63,962 nucleotides of DNA, filler included, from Nemertoderma westbladi (GCA_032718475.1; 3 parts of 3 records of this genome joined end to end with filler, not necessarily neighbours in it); one strand, 5' to 3'. Positions 26,678-40,815 are shown, counted from the first letter of the whole stretch. Made by a program: numbers and translations. The notes: generated from the letters alone by a model not told the origin.

Positions 26678-27028
26678 TCAGCGTCTCTCATCCACTACAA
26701 CCACCCCCCTGGAGTCCTTTATCCTGGTCCTCCCCGACGCGTACTTGGTCTCCTGCCTCCCGTCCGCGTACACCGTCTTCACCGTACCGTCCGGGTACGA
26801 CCTCGACTTAAACCCGTCGCAATGCGTCTCCGTCTGTCCCCCGGGGAACCGGATAAACTTAGTCCCGTCCGGCCGGATTTCCGACACGGTTCCGTCGACG
26901 AACCTCGTCTGTTCCGAGCGATCGGAACGGACCAACGCCACCGTTCCATCGGGAAAGTGAATCTCTTTCCCCCCGCCCACCAAATGCTTCTCAATCTGTT
27001 TGTTGGGGAACTCCAGAACCTGAGTGCC
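26678..27028 (-). CDS. CENPJ: CENPJ/CPAP/SAS-4 C-terminal TCP10 (G-box) domain, 5' part lost in the gap
   Basis: GTQVLEFPNKQIEKH..KEIHFPDGT..YPDGTVKTVYADGRQETKYASGRTRIKDSRG, the PDG/PNG beta-hairpin repeats of the SAS-4 C-terminus. Confidence 0.9.
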   Translation of the reverse strand, partial: GTQVLEFPNKQIEKHLVGGGKEIHFPDGTVALVRSDRSEQTRFVDGTVSEIRPDGTKFIRFPGGQTETHCDGFKSRSYPDGTVKTVYADGRQETKYASGRTRIKDSRGVVVVDERR

Positions 27029-27128
27029 NNNNNNNNNNNNNNNNNNNNNNNNNNNNNNNNNNNNNNNNNNNNTTAATTAATTAANNNNNNNNNNNNNNNN
27101 NNNNNNNNNNNNNNNNNNNNNNNNNNNN
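27029..27128. other. Assembly gap with synthetic TTAATTAATTAA linker
   Basis: N-run around a linker with stops in all six frames. Confidence 0.97.
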
Positions 27129-27595
27129 CATGGTTTTCATTATCTTTCTCATAGAATTTAGGATTTCAAAAATCAATAATTGATGTATCACTACATATCG
27201 CTCGCTATATTGTTATTTACCAAACCTTTTCGGATTTTTTCTGTTTAAAATTTGTTGTATTCTGTTTATGACTGGTAAAAATATTGTATATATTATTATA
27301 TAGTAATTAATGCGCTAAATAAAAGAGATGGTCGAGCACTGAAAAATACAGAGTAGGTCAAATGAGATAAAAATTGAAATGAAATAAACGAAAATAAATA
27401 TGAAATGATAGTATAAGTAAGTAAAATAGTATATGTAATGATATTTTTCACTCATTCTACCAGTTGCAAGGAAAGTAAAGAATGCAATATATAATAAAAC
27501 AATAAAATTAATATTATTTAAAATTTAAATTAATTATTATGACCCATGTTAAGTAATATGTAATAATATGTTTCTGTTTATCTGATAGTTTAGAT

Positions 27596-28020
27596 GTAAG
27601 AATAGACCTCACGAATATGATTGAGAAAAATTGGAATGGCTCGTCACCGAATTTCGTGCGCCACATGAACTCGTTCAGGTATGTATCTATGAGAGATCTC
27701 CCATTCTACAGTCACGCTTATTTCGCCGCTTTGCGTTGTTCTACCAATTGTGTTATAGATCTTCCACATATCAGAAACAACTGTCGTTCCTGGTAAAACG
27801 TACTGTGTTAATATTGGCAGCAATGTCGCAGCGCTTCTATCGTCACCTGCAACAAGGAAGCAGCATTTGGTCTTAATGTCCAGCCCTCCAAAGACCCACT
27901 GCGTCTGAACCAGGTGACCAACATTATAGTTTCGTTTAACAAAAGCGCTTTCATCTATCTCCACTGTGTGACCAAAACCATCCCTAGATCAATGGCCAAT
28001 CACTAGATCCCGAAATATTC
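27596..28020 (-). mobile_element. Merlin (IS1595/ISXO2-like) transposase remnant
   Basis: GHTVEIDESAFVKRNYNVG..QWVFGG..DRSAATLLPI..PGTTVVSDMWK, and a frameshifted EFMWR tail. Confidence 0.88.
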
Positions 28021-31000
28021 CGCATTATTATCATGGGCGTAATTTTTCCAATTAATTATTAATTGCCTTTGTCGTAAACATATAATTACGTTTGTTGATG
28101 CAACTGAAATCATATTCTAGAACTTTTATTTATCAAATAAGGTGACTTTCCTAACAGAAATATCAGTTCGTCATGACTAGAATGACCATCTTATACAGTA
28201 CAACATCAGGTCGTCTACTATCTACCTACACCCCCAGTAATCTCATTCTAACATTTTGGCCATCGGCGTTCAATCCTTGGCGTTTGCACCTTTCTATTAC
28301 GATGCGCGTCTTCTTTGTTTCTGATAAAGTCTTAGAATTTAGATGGATTTCACATTGATAAGTCATTATTTTTTTAAATTCTCTAAATATGAAACATGCC
28401 CAAGCATTTAAACAAGGTGATTTATAGTGTATTATAGTTTTACTATGTAGTATGGCAGTTACATAACGAAAAAGGTCTATTACATTTTTTTAATAATCTG
28501 TTAATAGAAGGTTAATAACGAAAAAAGACATTAAAACATACTCGCAATAAAGCAATATATAAATTAACCTTTATAATTTAACAAGCAATATATAATAAAA
28601 CCAATAAACATTAAATTGTAAAATAAGTTCAATATTTGTTTCCAGTCTTGGGAGACTGAAGGGAAGGATTGACTTCACAACAAAAAATATTATAGTGACG
28701 GGACAATTGTCGAATGCGTTAGACAGCACCGTAAGGCACTGTGGCGCGCCCAATACATGTTGACTTTTGACTTACGCACGTTATTAAAAATCTGTAATTG
28801 GAAGGCATCTATTATTGCCTGTTCTGCAAAATATTGAAATGCATTACATTGCACTGCACACGCCAGCCTATAATCAATCAAGAGAAACGTGATTGGTGCA
28901 AGTTTGTGGTGCTGTTTCCCAGTGGGTTGTTAGGAGGTACGCCCTACCTCCTAGTTCCATAGTGCCTGTATGCCAGTGTGATACATGTAGCACTTAGCTT
29001 CTTGATAAAGCCTCCCTCCTGGGCGAAAGCTACCTACTGATCAGCTGGCTGCCGTCAGCTGAATAATTATTTCATGCAACTAATCTGTTCTTGGCAGCTT
29101 TTTAGTTTGTGTTTGTTTGTTTATCATACCTACTCGAGCTACCGGCAATGTTTTACTTTTCGCTTGACTAATAATTAGATAAGGTAAATAATCATTTCTA
29201 CTGCAAGCTTTTATTTCAAATTGTATTAAGTAGTGTTGTTTTGATAAATTATCCATGATTTCATATATTTCTTCATTTCTTTGAGATGTATATGAATATT
29301 AGTATATCTAAGTAAGTATAACATTGCGTAATATGAGGATGACGTTATCAATTTTAATTACAGTTATGCCCTGCTGTGCGATGCAATGCGAATACACTTA
29401 GTAATGCGTTACGGCTACACGATGTTATCCGCAGCGCGCCTCCATGCAAGGAATTTTCCACGCTATACAATAGCTGTACGCTATACAATATACAATATTA
29501 ATCCTCTCCTATATAATGTTGAGTCTTAACATTTTTATATAATTAACGTGGTTGCTTAGTATCATCGATCACTTATAGATTGAATACCGCTGAGGAATCC
29601 TTACCAACTCACAACTAAGTATTCATAAAGAACTACAGGTTGGGAAATTACAAAATATCATTCCTTACATTATTACAGTTGTTTAGTTTACCCCAATTAA
29701 TACTGTACAGTATGTATTGTGTGAAAAATATTAGAAAGCTGTTGCTATTTTTGGTCCTCTCGCATTGTGTTATTATTACACCCTTGCCTATTTGTCTTTA
29801 CCAGTTATAACGATAGTGACTCCTTACAGGATATTTTGCCAAACATATTGTTTACTAACGGTCTTCGCCATAACTAAATTTTCCGGCAGTGAAAGTTACC
29901 ATTTCTAATAATTATAAATAATGTATTGTTTTCTTTAAAATATCCCCTTTATTGTCCGCAAAAGTGCGAATAATAAAGTAATTATCCAATCAATCTCCCA
30001 AAAATGCGGATAATAAAATATTTATCCAATCAATGATCTAGAAGTCTATTATTGATACCGATTTCTCATTATGTATTCTAAATCAGTGATTATTAATAAA
30101 TTTAGCATTAAAATGTTTAGTTGTATGATCTTTTGCTCCAGTAGTAGCTAGTTTAATCAAATTTTTGGTTTAATTATTTGATCAACGTTCTGGAATATCA
30201 TCTTCACTGACTAAGCATAACTAGTATATAGTAGCTAGAATTATTTATTTACACAAAATTGCAGAATTGACCTCAACTTTGTTACCGGTATGTTAAACAT
30301 TTAATTCTAAATATTTTAAATTAATTAATTAATTAATTTTAAATATTTAAAAGAAAACAATATCTTTTACAAAGAGAAAGTATTTTTTTATCCTCCTTAT
30401 AATCCACATTTCATCGAATAGTAAAAAAAATTTTCCGGCCTCCGTTCGGCCTCTAAAAAAATATACTTTAACAATACCACGGAAATGCGGATTAAAAAGT
30501 AGGACAAAAAAATGTTACTTATTTTTTGTAAAATAAATAGTTATTATTTTGATTATCTGCAAGTTAATTAAAAAACCTAACTAACTTGTTGGTATTTAAA
30601 TAAATGTAGGAAAATAAAAATAATCGTATAAAGTTGCTTGCAATCAGCTGATCGGTAGGTTTTGCAAGGGAAGTCAATATCAAGTGGCACCTACGGAAAA
30701 TGGCAAAGTAGTAAATAAAAGGAACGGGAGAAGGAATGTATGTATGCTTTGCACAATGCACTGCAGACTGTACAGTAACAACGGGTGTAAATACTACGAC
30801 GACATCAGACAACCATAAAGGATAACCGTTATTGGGGTTGTGGGAAAGGAACAGGTTACAGTGATAGACTTTTCTACTACCATAGTATTAAACGACAGTC
30901 AATGAGCACAGATTACTTTCATTTTTATTCAAAATATCTGTATCAAATTTGTCGCCTGTTGGTGTAGCTTTTACAAGCACTGGGAAGCAGTCTTCATGCT

Positions 31001-32101
31001 GGCTGCATCAATGTCTGCTTGTTAATAATGAGCCGCAGTTGCATATGGGTGATAATTGCATCCCTGTTGGTGAGGATTTTTTTTACTTAACTTATTTAAA
31101 AACTAAAATATAATTAATAATATCTATAATCGTAATGCTATATATATCTGCTATCCGTCTATTATTTATTAATCATAATTAATAACAATAACTATAGTTT
31201 AGGTTTATATATTTTAATATGGTATGTTTATTTAATATAATAAAATTGTTTACGATGATTTAGGGCAGGTTTTACAATGTATTTAGGCCTAGGGCCTTCT
31301 TACAGTTACAATGGTGGAGTGGCCAGCCCTAAGTAGCACCACGGAATGACGCTTTAAAGAAAATCAAATTTCTGCAATTAATAAAATTAAGTCGTATTTT
31401 CTTTGCATTTTAGTTTTCTGTATATTGAAACACTAGTATAAATGTCAATTTTCAGCTAGGCCTACAATTTTGCTCAGCTCATTTTGATCCATTGTAGCAT
31501 TGTATGCACAGCAGGTAGATAGATGTGGCACTGTTTGCAAAGCATATACATACATACAAGTGGCACAATATGCACATTTTTTTTTGTTTGTGGTTTTCGA
31601 TGGCCATAGTGGCTGAGTACTATTTCGGGCGTTAATGTCCTGATTCTATGTTTTTTGTCAGTTTCTGGGGTGTAAGACTAGTTGTTTGCCTGTTTATTTT
31701 TTATATATATACAACAAGCACCCTAATAGTCAGTGTGAATATGTCAGCGACCTTTAATTATCACTATATGCACAGCACATACATACAAGTGGCACTGTTT
31801 CCACAGCAGACAGATATAAGTGGCATTGTTTGAAAGCATATCGGTAGAAGTGGTACGATTATTATCATTTGGTACAGATTAGAAAGGTCGTCATTTAGTG
31901 TCGAGGATAATCGAACTGAGATGATCTATCTTGTGGTCTAGTAGTCTTACAGTAGTCTTACTATTCCAATAGCAGCACATACATAAATGGGGATATACCA
32001 TATATATATTTGTAAATTGTCTTTATTGTATAGCATTTCTATGCAACATCGCATGTCAGTAGTATTCCACACATTGCACATTGATGTAGTTCATCGCAAT
32101 A

Positions 32102-33100
32102 CACCGTGTGCCGAGATAATATAGTGTCATAATTCGGTGCCGTGAAAGCAGCTTCCCACATTTTTATATAAATCTTAATGAGATTGCATGAAATTCGAAA
32201 CAGAGATAGATTGACCTCTCTCCTCCTGAGTAGTGGGTGGGTCAGAATTTATATTTTTAATTCTTTCTTAAAGTTACAAGCGTTAAAAAGAGGCGTTTTC
32301 GTTGATATTGCCAAAATCGGACTGCATTTACAGTATTCTTCAATATTATACCCGTTTGTTGGTTGAGATGGAAAGATTAAGTCTCCCATTCGTAATGATA
32401 TAAAAGCTGAATTTCATCTCGACGTCCGAGTAGCTGAGATATGAACGTTCGATAGTTACATTAATTTACTTCCGCTGCAGGCTATTAATTTAATCCCAAA
32501 TTCTAATTAATTTAATCCCAAATTCTAATTAATTTAATCCCAAATTCTAATTAATTTAATCCCATATTCTAATTAATTTAATCCCATATTCTAGAACATT
32601 TTGTTTATGTATGAATAGAAACATAATATTATTTGCATTGTTGCCCATTTACTATTTTGTGTATTTTGGATATTTTTCTAAAATATGGTGTCTTGTCAGT
32701 GACCTGGCCGTGGTGGTATATATATTCAATATAATAAATGGCCCGCAGCGGAAGCAAAACCATGCAACTTTCGAAAGTCCATATCTCAGCTATTTCGCAG
32801 CGAAATTACGATTTTATTAAATTTGGCATCGCTGCCACGTTATATTTCTGTTGTTACAAACGAATCACTCTAAGGTTGAGGAATATCCTGATGTACGACT
32901 GGCTAATTATCGATGGAAACAGTTGTTTCAAACGCTTATAGCCAAAGATTGAAAGCAAAAATAAAATCATCTGACGCACAAAGGCCTACGAATGAAGTAA
33001 AAATATCTCTGTCTAATTACGTGCATCTCATTGAGATTGTAGACAAGTTTAGGGGGTCCAGTCACTAATTTACCACACTATATTATTTCAGGGCATGGTG
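32102..33100. mobile_element. Tc1/mariner-type MITE
   Basis: TA-flanked imperfect TIRs CACCGTGTGCCGAGATAATATAGTGT / ACACTATATTATTTCAGGGCATGGTG; a related end lies at about 17061. Confidence 0.75.
32486..32593. repeat. 22-bp AT-rich tandem repeat (AATTTAATCCCAAATTCTAATT)
   Basis: About 5 copies. Confidence 0.9.
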
Positions 33101-34884
33101 TAATAGATACACCGTTTTACAATAATATATGGCTTATTTACATCACCCCTTCTAACTAGAGTCTGGCATGCAGAGGGCACGAACAACATTACTTTTAGTT
33201 GATTTGGAGGCGGGAAAACGGATGAATATAAGGAAAAGAATAACAAGCATTTTTTTGTATAAGCAGCAATTTTGTACTAATTCTAACTATTTTTTTTATA
33301 AAAAGAAAGTACCATTTTTAATCCTCATTTTCGGGGAATAATATAAGCCGAAATAATAATAAAGCCGAAGGCCGAGAAATAAATGCGTTTACTATTTCGA
33401 GGAAATGTGGATTACAAAGAGGAAATCTATAAAATATTAATATTTTGAATTAGAAGTTTAACGTAACTAAATTTATCTTCAATATATCTATCAACAACAT
33501 TTTGCACCATTGTCTAATGAAATATTACTACCTATTATTAGTGGGTGAAAATGATATTCCAGAACTTTAATCAAATAATTTAACCAAAAAGTCAATTAAA
33601 CTAGCGCAAACGCGAGCACACTAGAGCAAAATAAATGTTTATTAAATATTTTAATGCTAAATTAATTAATAATTAAATGATTAATTAATAATTAATTATT
33701 ATTAATTAATAATAATTATCAACATAAATACTCATCTAGAATAAATAAATGCGAAATCAACTTTTATTTGAAAATTTTATAATCCAAATTTTAGGATGAT
33801 TATTACTTTATTGTCCACAAATAAAGACATTAAAGGGGATATTTTAAAGAAAAATGCGTTTGTACAAGATTTTTTTTATGTCACTTGTCGAGAGGGGTTA
33901 CGTCGCGTTTCGACAAATGTCTCTATTTGGCAAAAAACAGGCGTTTTGTCAAAAAAAATCGCAATTCGGGAAAAAGGTGCGTTTCGGCAAAAACATTCCA
34001 TTTCGGCAAAGAGTTGCGTTTCGGCTAAATAAAATATACTATGTGTGTTAGATTTATATTACTATAATGGTTCAATTCAATAATTAACATCTGTATAGTT
34101 TGCATGAAATTTGTTCTTTAGGAATACGCGTGAATTTAGTGTGCTGCAGCGAGTGACTTATAAAACCACGAAGATACGAACACTGCAATGTACTTTACAA
34201 CAAGTATGCATGCCAATTATCTTTATGGAATTTTAGAATAAAAACTTTGGGGGGCGGAGTTTCGACTAAATCAAAATACATCCCTCTCCAGGGGAAAATC
34301 GACGCAAATAACAGCTGATTACTCCCAATTATATAACTGTTACCTGTTATAATGACTTTCGTTTATTGTTTTGGTTTTACTATAACGTGACACTGTACCA
34401 TGATCCTTTCCCTTAATTGATAATTTATCATTGAGACAAGTTATTAATTTGTGCCGATATTGGATTTGCGTCATGTTTCCCTGGAAGCCACCCTGTCACA
34501 CAGACTTTCAACACATTACAACAATAATACAAAATTACATTGTAGTGGAGGGAGGTAAGTTCATTAATTTATGTGTTTAATCAAGTACATTGATATACTT
34601 AAGGGGGGGGGGTGGCACCCTCAAAATGTAACCTCACATTTTGGTGTCTCTGGACCCTAAAAATGGGTGCAAATTATTTTTTGTTATACTAAACATCGTT
34701 TGGATTGTATAAGAATAACCAAACCAAATATTTTTAAACTTGGTCCCAAAATGGCTCTGTAATGGCCAAAAGTGCCTTTTTGTGACATATGCTATTTCTT
34801 CACCAATATTGGGTAGAATTTTTTCGAAATTTTCGAATATAAGTTCAGAAGACGCTTGCATCCAATTCTTCTGAACGTTTTTAA

Positions 34885-35362
34885 CCCTATCCATACCGGG
34901 GGGGAGACTTTTGGAGACGCACTTTATTTGATTGCTTGGTTCAAAGCCAAACCACATTTATTGCAAGTGAAATTCCGTTACTTTTCCTAAAATTTATTAT
35001 TCTTTATCTTAAAACAAAAATTTATTTTCATATTATTATTTATGACCATGAAAATGACTCGTAAACTGACCTGTCTCTGAAACTGTCATATTATTGCTGA
35101 ACTATTGTAGGAGGGAAATTTAAAATTCAATCAATTTAATATAAATTTAAAATCAATTTAAACATAATTATAGTATATAAATATTATATTTGAGCATTAG
35201 TGTGTGGCATATTTGGATAGAGGAATAAATTTTGTATCTAAAACTTTTTACTTTAAAGTAATATCATCACACCACACAAAGTTATATGCTTCCAAACTTT
35301 ACGTCCCCAAAAGTCCCCCCCCCGGTAGTTTGAGCGTCTAAAATACCCCGGTATGGATAGGG
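34885..35362. mobile_element. piggyBac-type MITE
   Basis: TTAA|CCCTATCCATACCGGGG ... CCCCGGTATGGATAGGG|TTAA. Confidence 0.92.
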
Positions 35363-35944
35363 TTAACTGAAAATGGTTTTTTGCATTTTTGATGAAAACG
35401 AGCTCCAAGGCATTTCCAGCCAAATATGGACAAGTGTATTTAGGACAAGTGTACCAAATTTCAACACATTTCAGTTAATATTAGCGGAGAAATAACCTTT
35501 TTCATTAAAAAAAACGTCATTCTGAGATGATAAAGGTGCTTAAAGTTTAAGGAACAATTCAAACCTTCCCGCTATTTTATATAATACCATTTTTTTCTTC
35601 AACAATAACTTTGTCAAAAATAAATGAAATTCAACAAATTGTTCATGCTTGCTAAACATATAACTAATAAAACAAATTTTTAGCAATATATATATATATC
35701 TGCAATATATCTGTACCATGAGAGCCTTTTTTTATGAAAAGGGCCTTATTCAAGTTGTTATTATTATTGAAATTAAAATTAAAAATTATTGAATTTGTTA
35801 AAATTTATTGAAATCAAAATTATTGAAATCTAAGCCGTGAAGGAAAAGGTGAGTATTGGTTTGGATAGCAAATATTAAGAGTTGGTTCAAACAATGAAAG
35901 TACATGTTATTACGGCAGAAAAGCGGTATATTTCCAACATGAGG

Positions 35945-36998
35945 TCTTTTGTGGATGTCAAGAAAGATCGACTCCATCCATGGAGGTAAAAGTCTGGAAA
36001 ATATAAGAGCTTATGGAATACCAGAAGAAATTGACGGTGGCATTATGACACAGAAGCTCAGGTACTCTCACCAGATGGTAATACTGAGTTCAACTCAATC
36101 CTGGCTGGGGTACTGCAAGGTGACACATTGGCGTCACTACTATTTGTAATTGTACTGGGCTACGCAATAAGGACGGCAACAAAGGGGGAAGAACAGGGAT
36201 TTACACTACAAGAATAAAGCAGCAGTAGCAGATTTCAGGCGCCTACAGTCACAGACACCAACTTTGTGGATGACATTGCCCTACTCTCTAATACGCTAAC
36301 AGATGCACAGTTTCTACTGAATAAAGTGGAGAGGGCTGCTGCTAAGGAGGTTGGGTTGCATATAAATTCTACCAAGACCGAATTCATGACTTTCAATGTG
36401 GATGGAAACTTGACCACAATTGATAATAATCAACTAAGAAAAATAAAGGAAAGGAAAAGAAAGGAAAAGAAATAGAAGCAAGGAAAGCAAAGGTATGTCA
36501 AACGTGGATACTATCTGAAAATCAGACCTCTCCAGGCACCTGAAGACTAAGTTCTTTCGAGCCACAGTAGAAAGTGTACTTTTATACGGGGGTGAGACCT
36601 AGACACTGACGAAATCACTTGAACAGCGAATTGATGGTTGCTACACAAGACTACTAAGGGCAGCCCTAAACATCAGCTGGGGACAGCACATGACAAACGC
36701 CGAGGTTTATGGTACAATACCACCTGCATCAACCACCCTCCATGATCGCAGATTAATATTCAGTGGACACTGGTGGAGAAGTAAAGACGAGGTCATACCA
36801 GATCTACTTTTCTGGCAATCAACACAAGGAAAGACTAGCCATGGACAATCGACTATGAAATATATAGACCAACTTGAAAGGGATACTGAACTTGGGAGAA
36901 TCGAAATTGCGACAACTACTATGGAGAATCGGGAAGCCTGGACGGATCTCATTTCCACTGTCCGAGCTCGCTCGACCTAGTAGTAGTAGTAGTAGTAG
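35945..36998 (+). mobile_element. 5'-truncated decayed RTE-like LINE with (TAG)n tail
   Basis: RAYGIPE, GVLQGDTLA, FVDDIALLS, GLHINSTKTEFM, VESVLLYG, RRLIFSGHWWR; TAG repeats at the 3' end. Confidence 0.9.
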
Positions 36999-37677
36999 AG
37001 GTCTTGGCAGTTTAGTAGAGACATGACAACAATGATACGTATACCTAAGAATAACAAAGATCGCAACATTTTTTACTACTGCAGCAGGTAGGTAAAAATA
37101 ACTGGGATGCTACTGTACAAAAACAACTATCAATGATCATCTTTATTGGATAATTATCACTTAATTTCAATGACGCAATGATCATACATACTATCCTATA
37201 TATTTCCATTTGATTTGGTTGATGCTGAAATTTTACGAAAGCCAAGTGGCACAGCAACTAATAACAGTGCTATTGTATTTTATATTAAATAATCTGCTTG
37301 TTTCACTTGGACCTGTATTGATTGTAGTGTATACTCCTCTCAAAGCTGATAGTCATGCAATAAGGAATTCGAGTAATAATTTTTGGAGAAACGCGGGTTT
37401 TTGCGAAATTTTTGCTTTTTTTGCCGAAACGCAACTGTTGCCGAAACACGACGACACCTTTGGTATAGGCGACTAACGTATAGGCGACTAACGTCTAACT
37501 AAGTTCGAAAGGTAATGGCTTATTACAGTGCCCTTCACCAAAATGTGGTACAATCCGGAAATAATTATCTCAAAAAAAGGTCGGTGCCTACAGTAATTAT
37601 TACTTATACTATAGTTATACTGCAGTAGCCAGGTACTGAGGTAGCAGTACGCTCAATTCAATTTAATTTACCCTTTT

Positions 37678-37882
37678 AATAATATTAAATTGCACAATTA
37701 ATAATATTAAATTGCACAATTAATAATATTAAATTGCACAATTAATAATATTAAATTGCACAATTAATAATATTAAATTGCACAATTAATAATATTAAAT
37801 TGCACAATTAATAATATTAAATTGCACAATTAATAATATTAAATTGCACAATTAATAATATTAAATTGCACAATTAATAATA
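37678..37882. repeat. 22-bp tandem repeat (AATAATATTAAATTGCACAATT)
   Basis: About 9 perfect copies. Confidence 0.95.
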
Positions 37883-38639
37883 TACAACAAATATAAATTT
37901 GTTACATATCCTCCGACAGGCAACTGTAGCGAGCTAGTGTAGTTGCCGGCAGGGGAGCGTGATTGGGTGTGTTCAGTTCGGGGTGGGGGGGGGGGGTTGG
38001 AAAGGGGGGGGGGGGTGGTCGTCAGTATCCTTTTTAAAATATAGTTATTTAAGAAAATCTTTTCCTAGTTCTATAAAACACTAATAATGTACTGTGACGA
38101 ATAATATCTACGGGAGATCTGTCTGGGTGGCGATACAGTCAGTATTCGGTTTGTGAAGGTATTTTGTCGGTCTTACAGTGTGTGAGATTTAGTCGAATGT
38201 TTGCGTGGGAAAAGGAAAGGGAAATTGCAGTCAATAAAAGCTGTGCATCATATTCACTAAAAAATTACATTTAACAACTGAGATTGTGGGCAAAATCATT
38301 CTTTACGACAATCCAACCATATTTCTGTCCATTTATCCCAATTTTAACGCCAAACTTATTATAATCTTTTAGTTTGCAAGTAGTAAATAAACTATTAGAA
38401 AGTTTAAACGCATTTCGCTCAGTTGCAAGACGTTTGGTTGCCTGAGAATTTCCACTTTAAAGACTATTTGCACTGTACTGCGCATGATAAATATATTTAT
38501 TTCAACTATAATTGGGAAATTATTATAAACAAATAGAAAATAGATAGAAAAAAATTAGTATAGATAAAAGATTATACCCTCTAGTAGCAGACTGGAGAAC
38601 TACAGACAATACCATTGACTAAGGTTTCCTTTACCAGTC

Positions 38640-39422
38640 CTTTACTTTTCGTCCCCAGACTTTTTGTCCCCAGACTTTACGTCCTCATACTTTTCGTCCC
38701 CAGACTTTTCGTTCCCAGACTTTTCGACCCCAACTTTTCGTCCCCAGACTTTTCCTACCCAGACTTTTCGTCCCCTGACTTTTCGCCCCCAGACTTTTCA
38801 TCGCAGACTTTTCGCCCAGGAGGACTTTTCGTCTCGGAGATTCGTCCCGGCATTCTTGTTCTGGACTCCAAAATTTTTGTTGTTGATTTTTCATCCATAG
38901 ACATTCCGCGTGGAACATGAGGTCTACTATAGGCAGAATTTAATTAGCAAGATTTAGATATTAATATGACGGGAGATCTATAAATTATAAATTGATTAAT
39001 ATTGGTAATAGTTAGCAAGTGTTTGTTACTTTTTGTATTGAAAGTGTTCTAGAATATGTTTTCTATTTAATTTTTGGAATCCATGTTCTATAAGTAATAT
39101 TTTTTTCTATCTTTTGAAAGCTAGTGTTAGTTTATTGGTAGCTAGTCCTAGTTGTTTTGTATGATTAGCTAGTATTTTTTATGAATAGTAAAGTGTGTTT
39201 TGTTACTAATTGTCCTAATCATAAACAATGTTATGGTAGCTAGTAATTTTGTATTTTTTCAATTGAGACTAAAAGTGAGGGTAGATGTAACAACGATATA
39301 TCGGAGACGAAAACTCTGGGACGATTTAGTCCCAAACGTCTTACTGGACGAAAAGTCAGAGATGATTAATCCGGACAAATAATAGACCGGGGCAAAAATC
39401 CGGCACGAAAAGTCCTAGATCC
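38640..39422. mobile_element. Non-autonomous element with inverted arrays of 15-bp subrepeats
   Basis: GACTTTTCGTCCCCA units on the left, GACGAAAAGTC-type units on the right, ending in GTCCTAGATCC. Confidence 0.65.
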
Positions 39423-39849
39423 GCTAATTTTATAAAGTATCTATATAAAATAATCTATTAGTATATTATTGTTTCATTCTTTGTGACTCTCGGGAAACTG
39501 TGTATTGTGGCAGCTGATCAGTGATCAATCATTCCATGCAACTTCTGGGTCAATCAGTTAATTTTTAATGTCTGTAACTAATATAATAATGAAACTTTTC
39601 GTACTCCATAGTGTTTCATAGTTAATTATAATAAAATTAATAATTTTATATTGGATGAACATTCTGTATCTGTAAAACTCAAAGAAAGAACATAGAAAAA
39701 GCCTTGCAACGGACATTGAAATCACTAAATAAATTAGAAATTATATTTCTCAACCGACTGTCTGTGATCAAAGACTTTAATTAAGCAACTGTTCATCTCA
39801 TTCGCATTGAAGTATTCAGTATATTTGTTTGTAACAACCAATCACAGCC

Positions 39850-40815
39850 ATGCAACATCTGAAAGTGAAATTCGCGAATGTCAATCTGCTCAAGGCCACT
39901 CTGGGGCACTTTGTTAGAGTTGGTTTCTTGTCAAGTGCTTTAATGACAATATGGGTTGGAGTCGTTGCGTATTACAAGCTATGGTATCTGGTAGACTTTA
40001 CTTACAACGGTTTGTTGTATGGTCCATGGCTACTCTTCCAGTTTGGTTGGGCTATCGGTCTAATAGCCATCATTACGGCAATGGGCGGCATATTGGGAAT
40101 GTACTCCAATCTGTTCACCCTATTCCTGCCTTTGAGCTGGTTTATCCTGGTCATGCAGATCCTTGCAGGGGCTATAGCAGGGTCTTACGACCTCGACAGA
40201 TCCTACAATGCATTACATCATGAAATTATCATGAGGATGGAAGCATATGCAAAAATAGCCAACTTCAATGGAACATCAGACGAGAGGGTAATGCTTCTTG
40301 ATGATATTCAAGCCATTGAAAATCTACAGGGATATTTTCAATGTTGTGGTTTAGAGGACCCATTATTCAATGGTGTTTTCTCCAAACCAGCATATGCACC
40401 AGCAGCGTCAGGGTGGTGGATATGGGTTGAAATCATGCGCCAAAACGACCCGCATCATCACGGAAGATCCAGTTTTCCGCCTTCTTGCTGCAACACAACT
40501 GCTGTTCAGCATTACTGCTTTGATCATGCAACAGGAAGAGATTATCCCATGATTCAATTGTACGAGCATGGAGATGATTTGTTGGAGCTTACCGAGCAAC
40601 ATCTCTATCAACACGGATGCGAGTCGCACATCAAAGAAAATATCAGATATTGGATGAAGTGGATTACTGGGATCTACTTCGCTGGTATTTTCATGCAGAT
40701 CGTTTCCCATATCTTTATTATGGTGTTGTTCTGGTTGACTACCAAAATTGACATGTTGCTCTCATACGAAGGGACATACATGAGTTCTCTGGGATTTCCG
40801 AAACTCCAAGAATAA
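39850..40815 (+). CDS. Divergent tetraspanin, uninterrupted CDS (321 aa)
   Basis: Three N-terminal hydrophobic segments; large loop with FQCCG, PPSCC, YC and HGC; fourth hydrophobic segment. Confidence 0.88.
   Translation: MQHLKVKFANVNLLKATLGHFVRVGFLSSALMTIWVGVVAYYKLWYLVDFTYNGLLYGPWLLFQFGWAIGLIAIITAMGGILGMYSNLFTLFLPLSWFILVMQILAGAIAGSYDLDRSYNALHHEIIMRMEAYAKIANFNGTSDERVMLLDDIQAIENLQGYFQCCGLEDPLFNGVFSKPAYAPAASGWWIWVEIMRQNDPHHHGRSSFPPSCCNTTAVQHYCFDHATGRDYPMIQLYEHGDDLLELTEQHLYQHGCESHIKENIRYWMKWITGIYFAGIFMQIVSHIFIMVLFWLTTKIDMLLSYEGTYMSSLGFPKLQE

Noticed and set aside
27029-27128. TTAATTAATTAA as a biological motif, and gene linkage across the gaps
   Set aside because: Identical synthetic linker in both gaps; adjacency across them is unproven.
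33895-37458. One 3.5-kb element bounded by CGTTTCGGCAAA-type inverted arrays
   Set aside because: The inverted similarity is loose and no TSD was found, so the ends cannot be paired with confidence.
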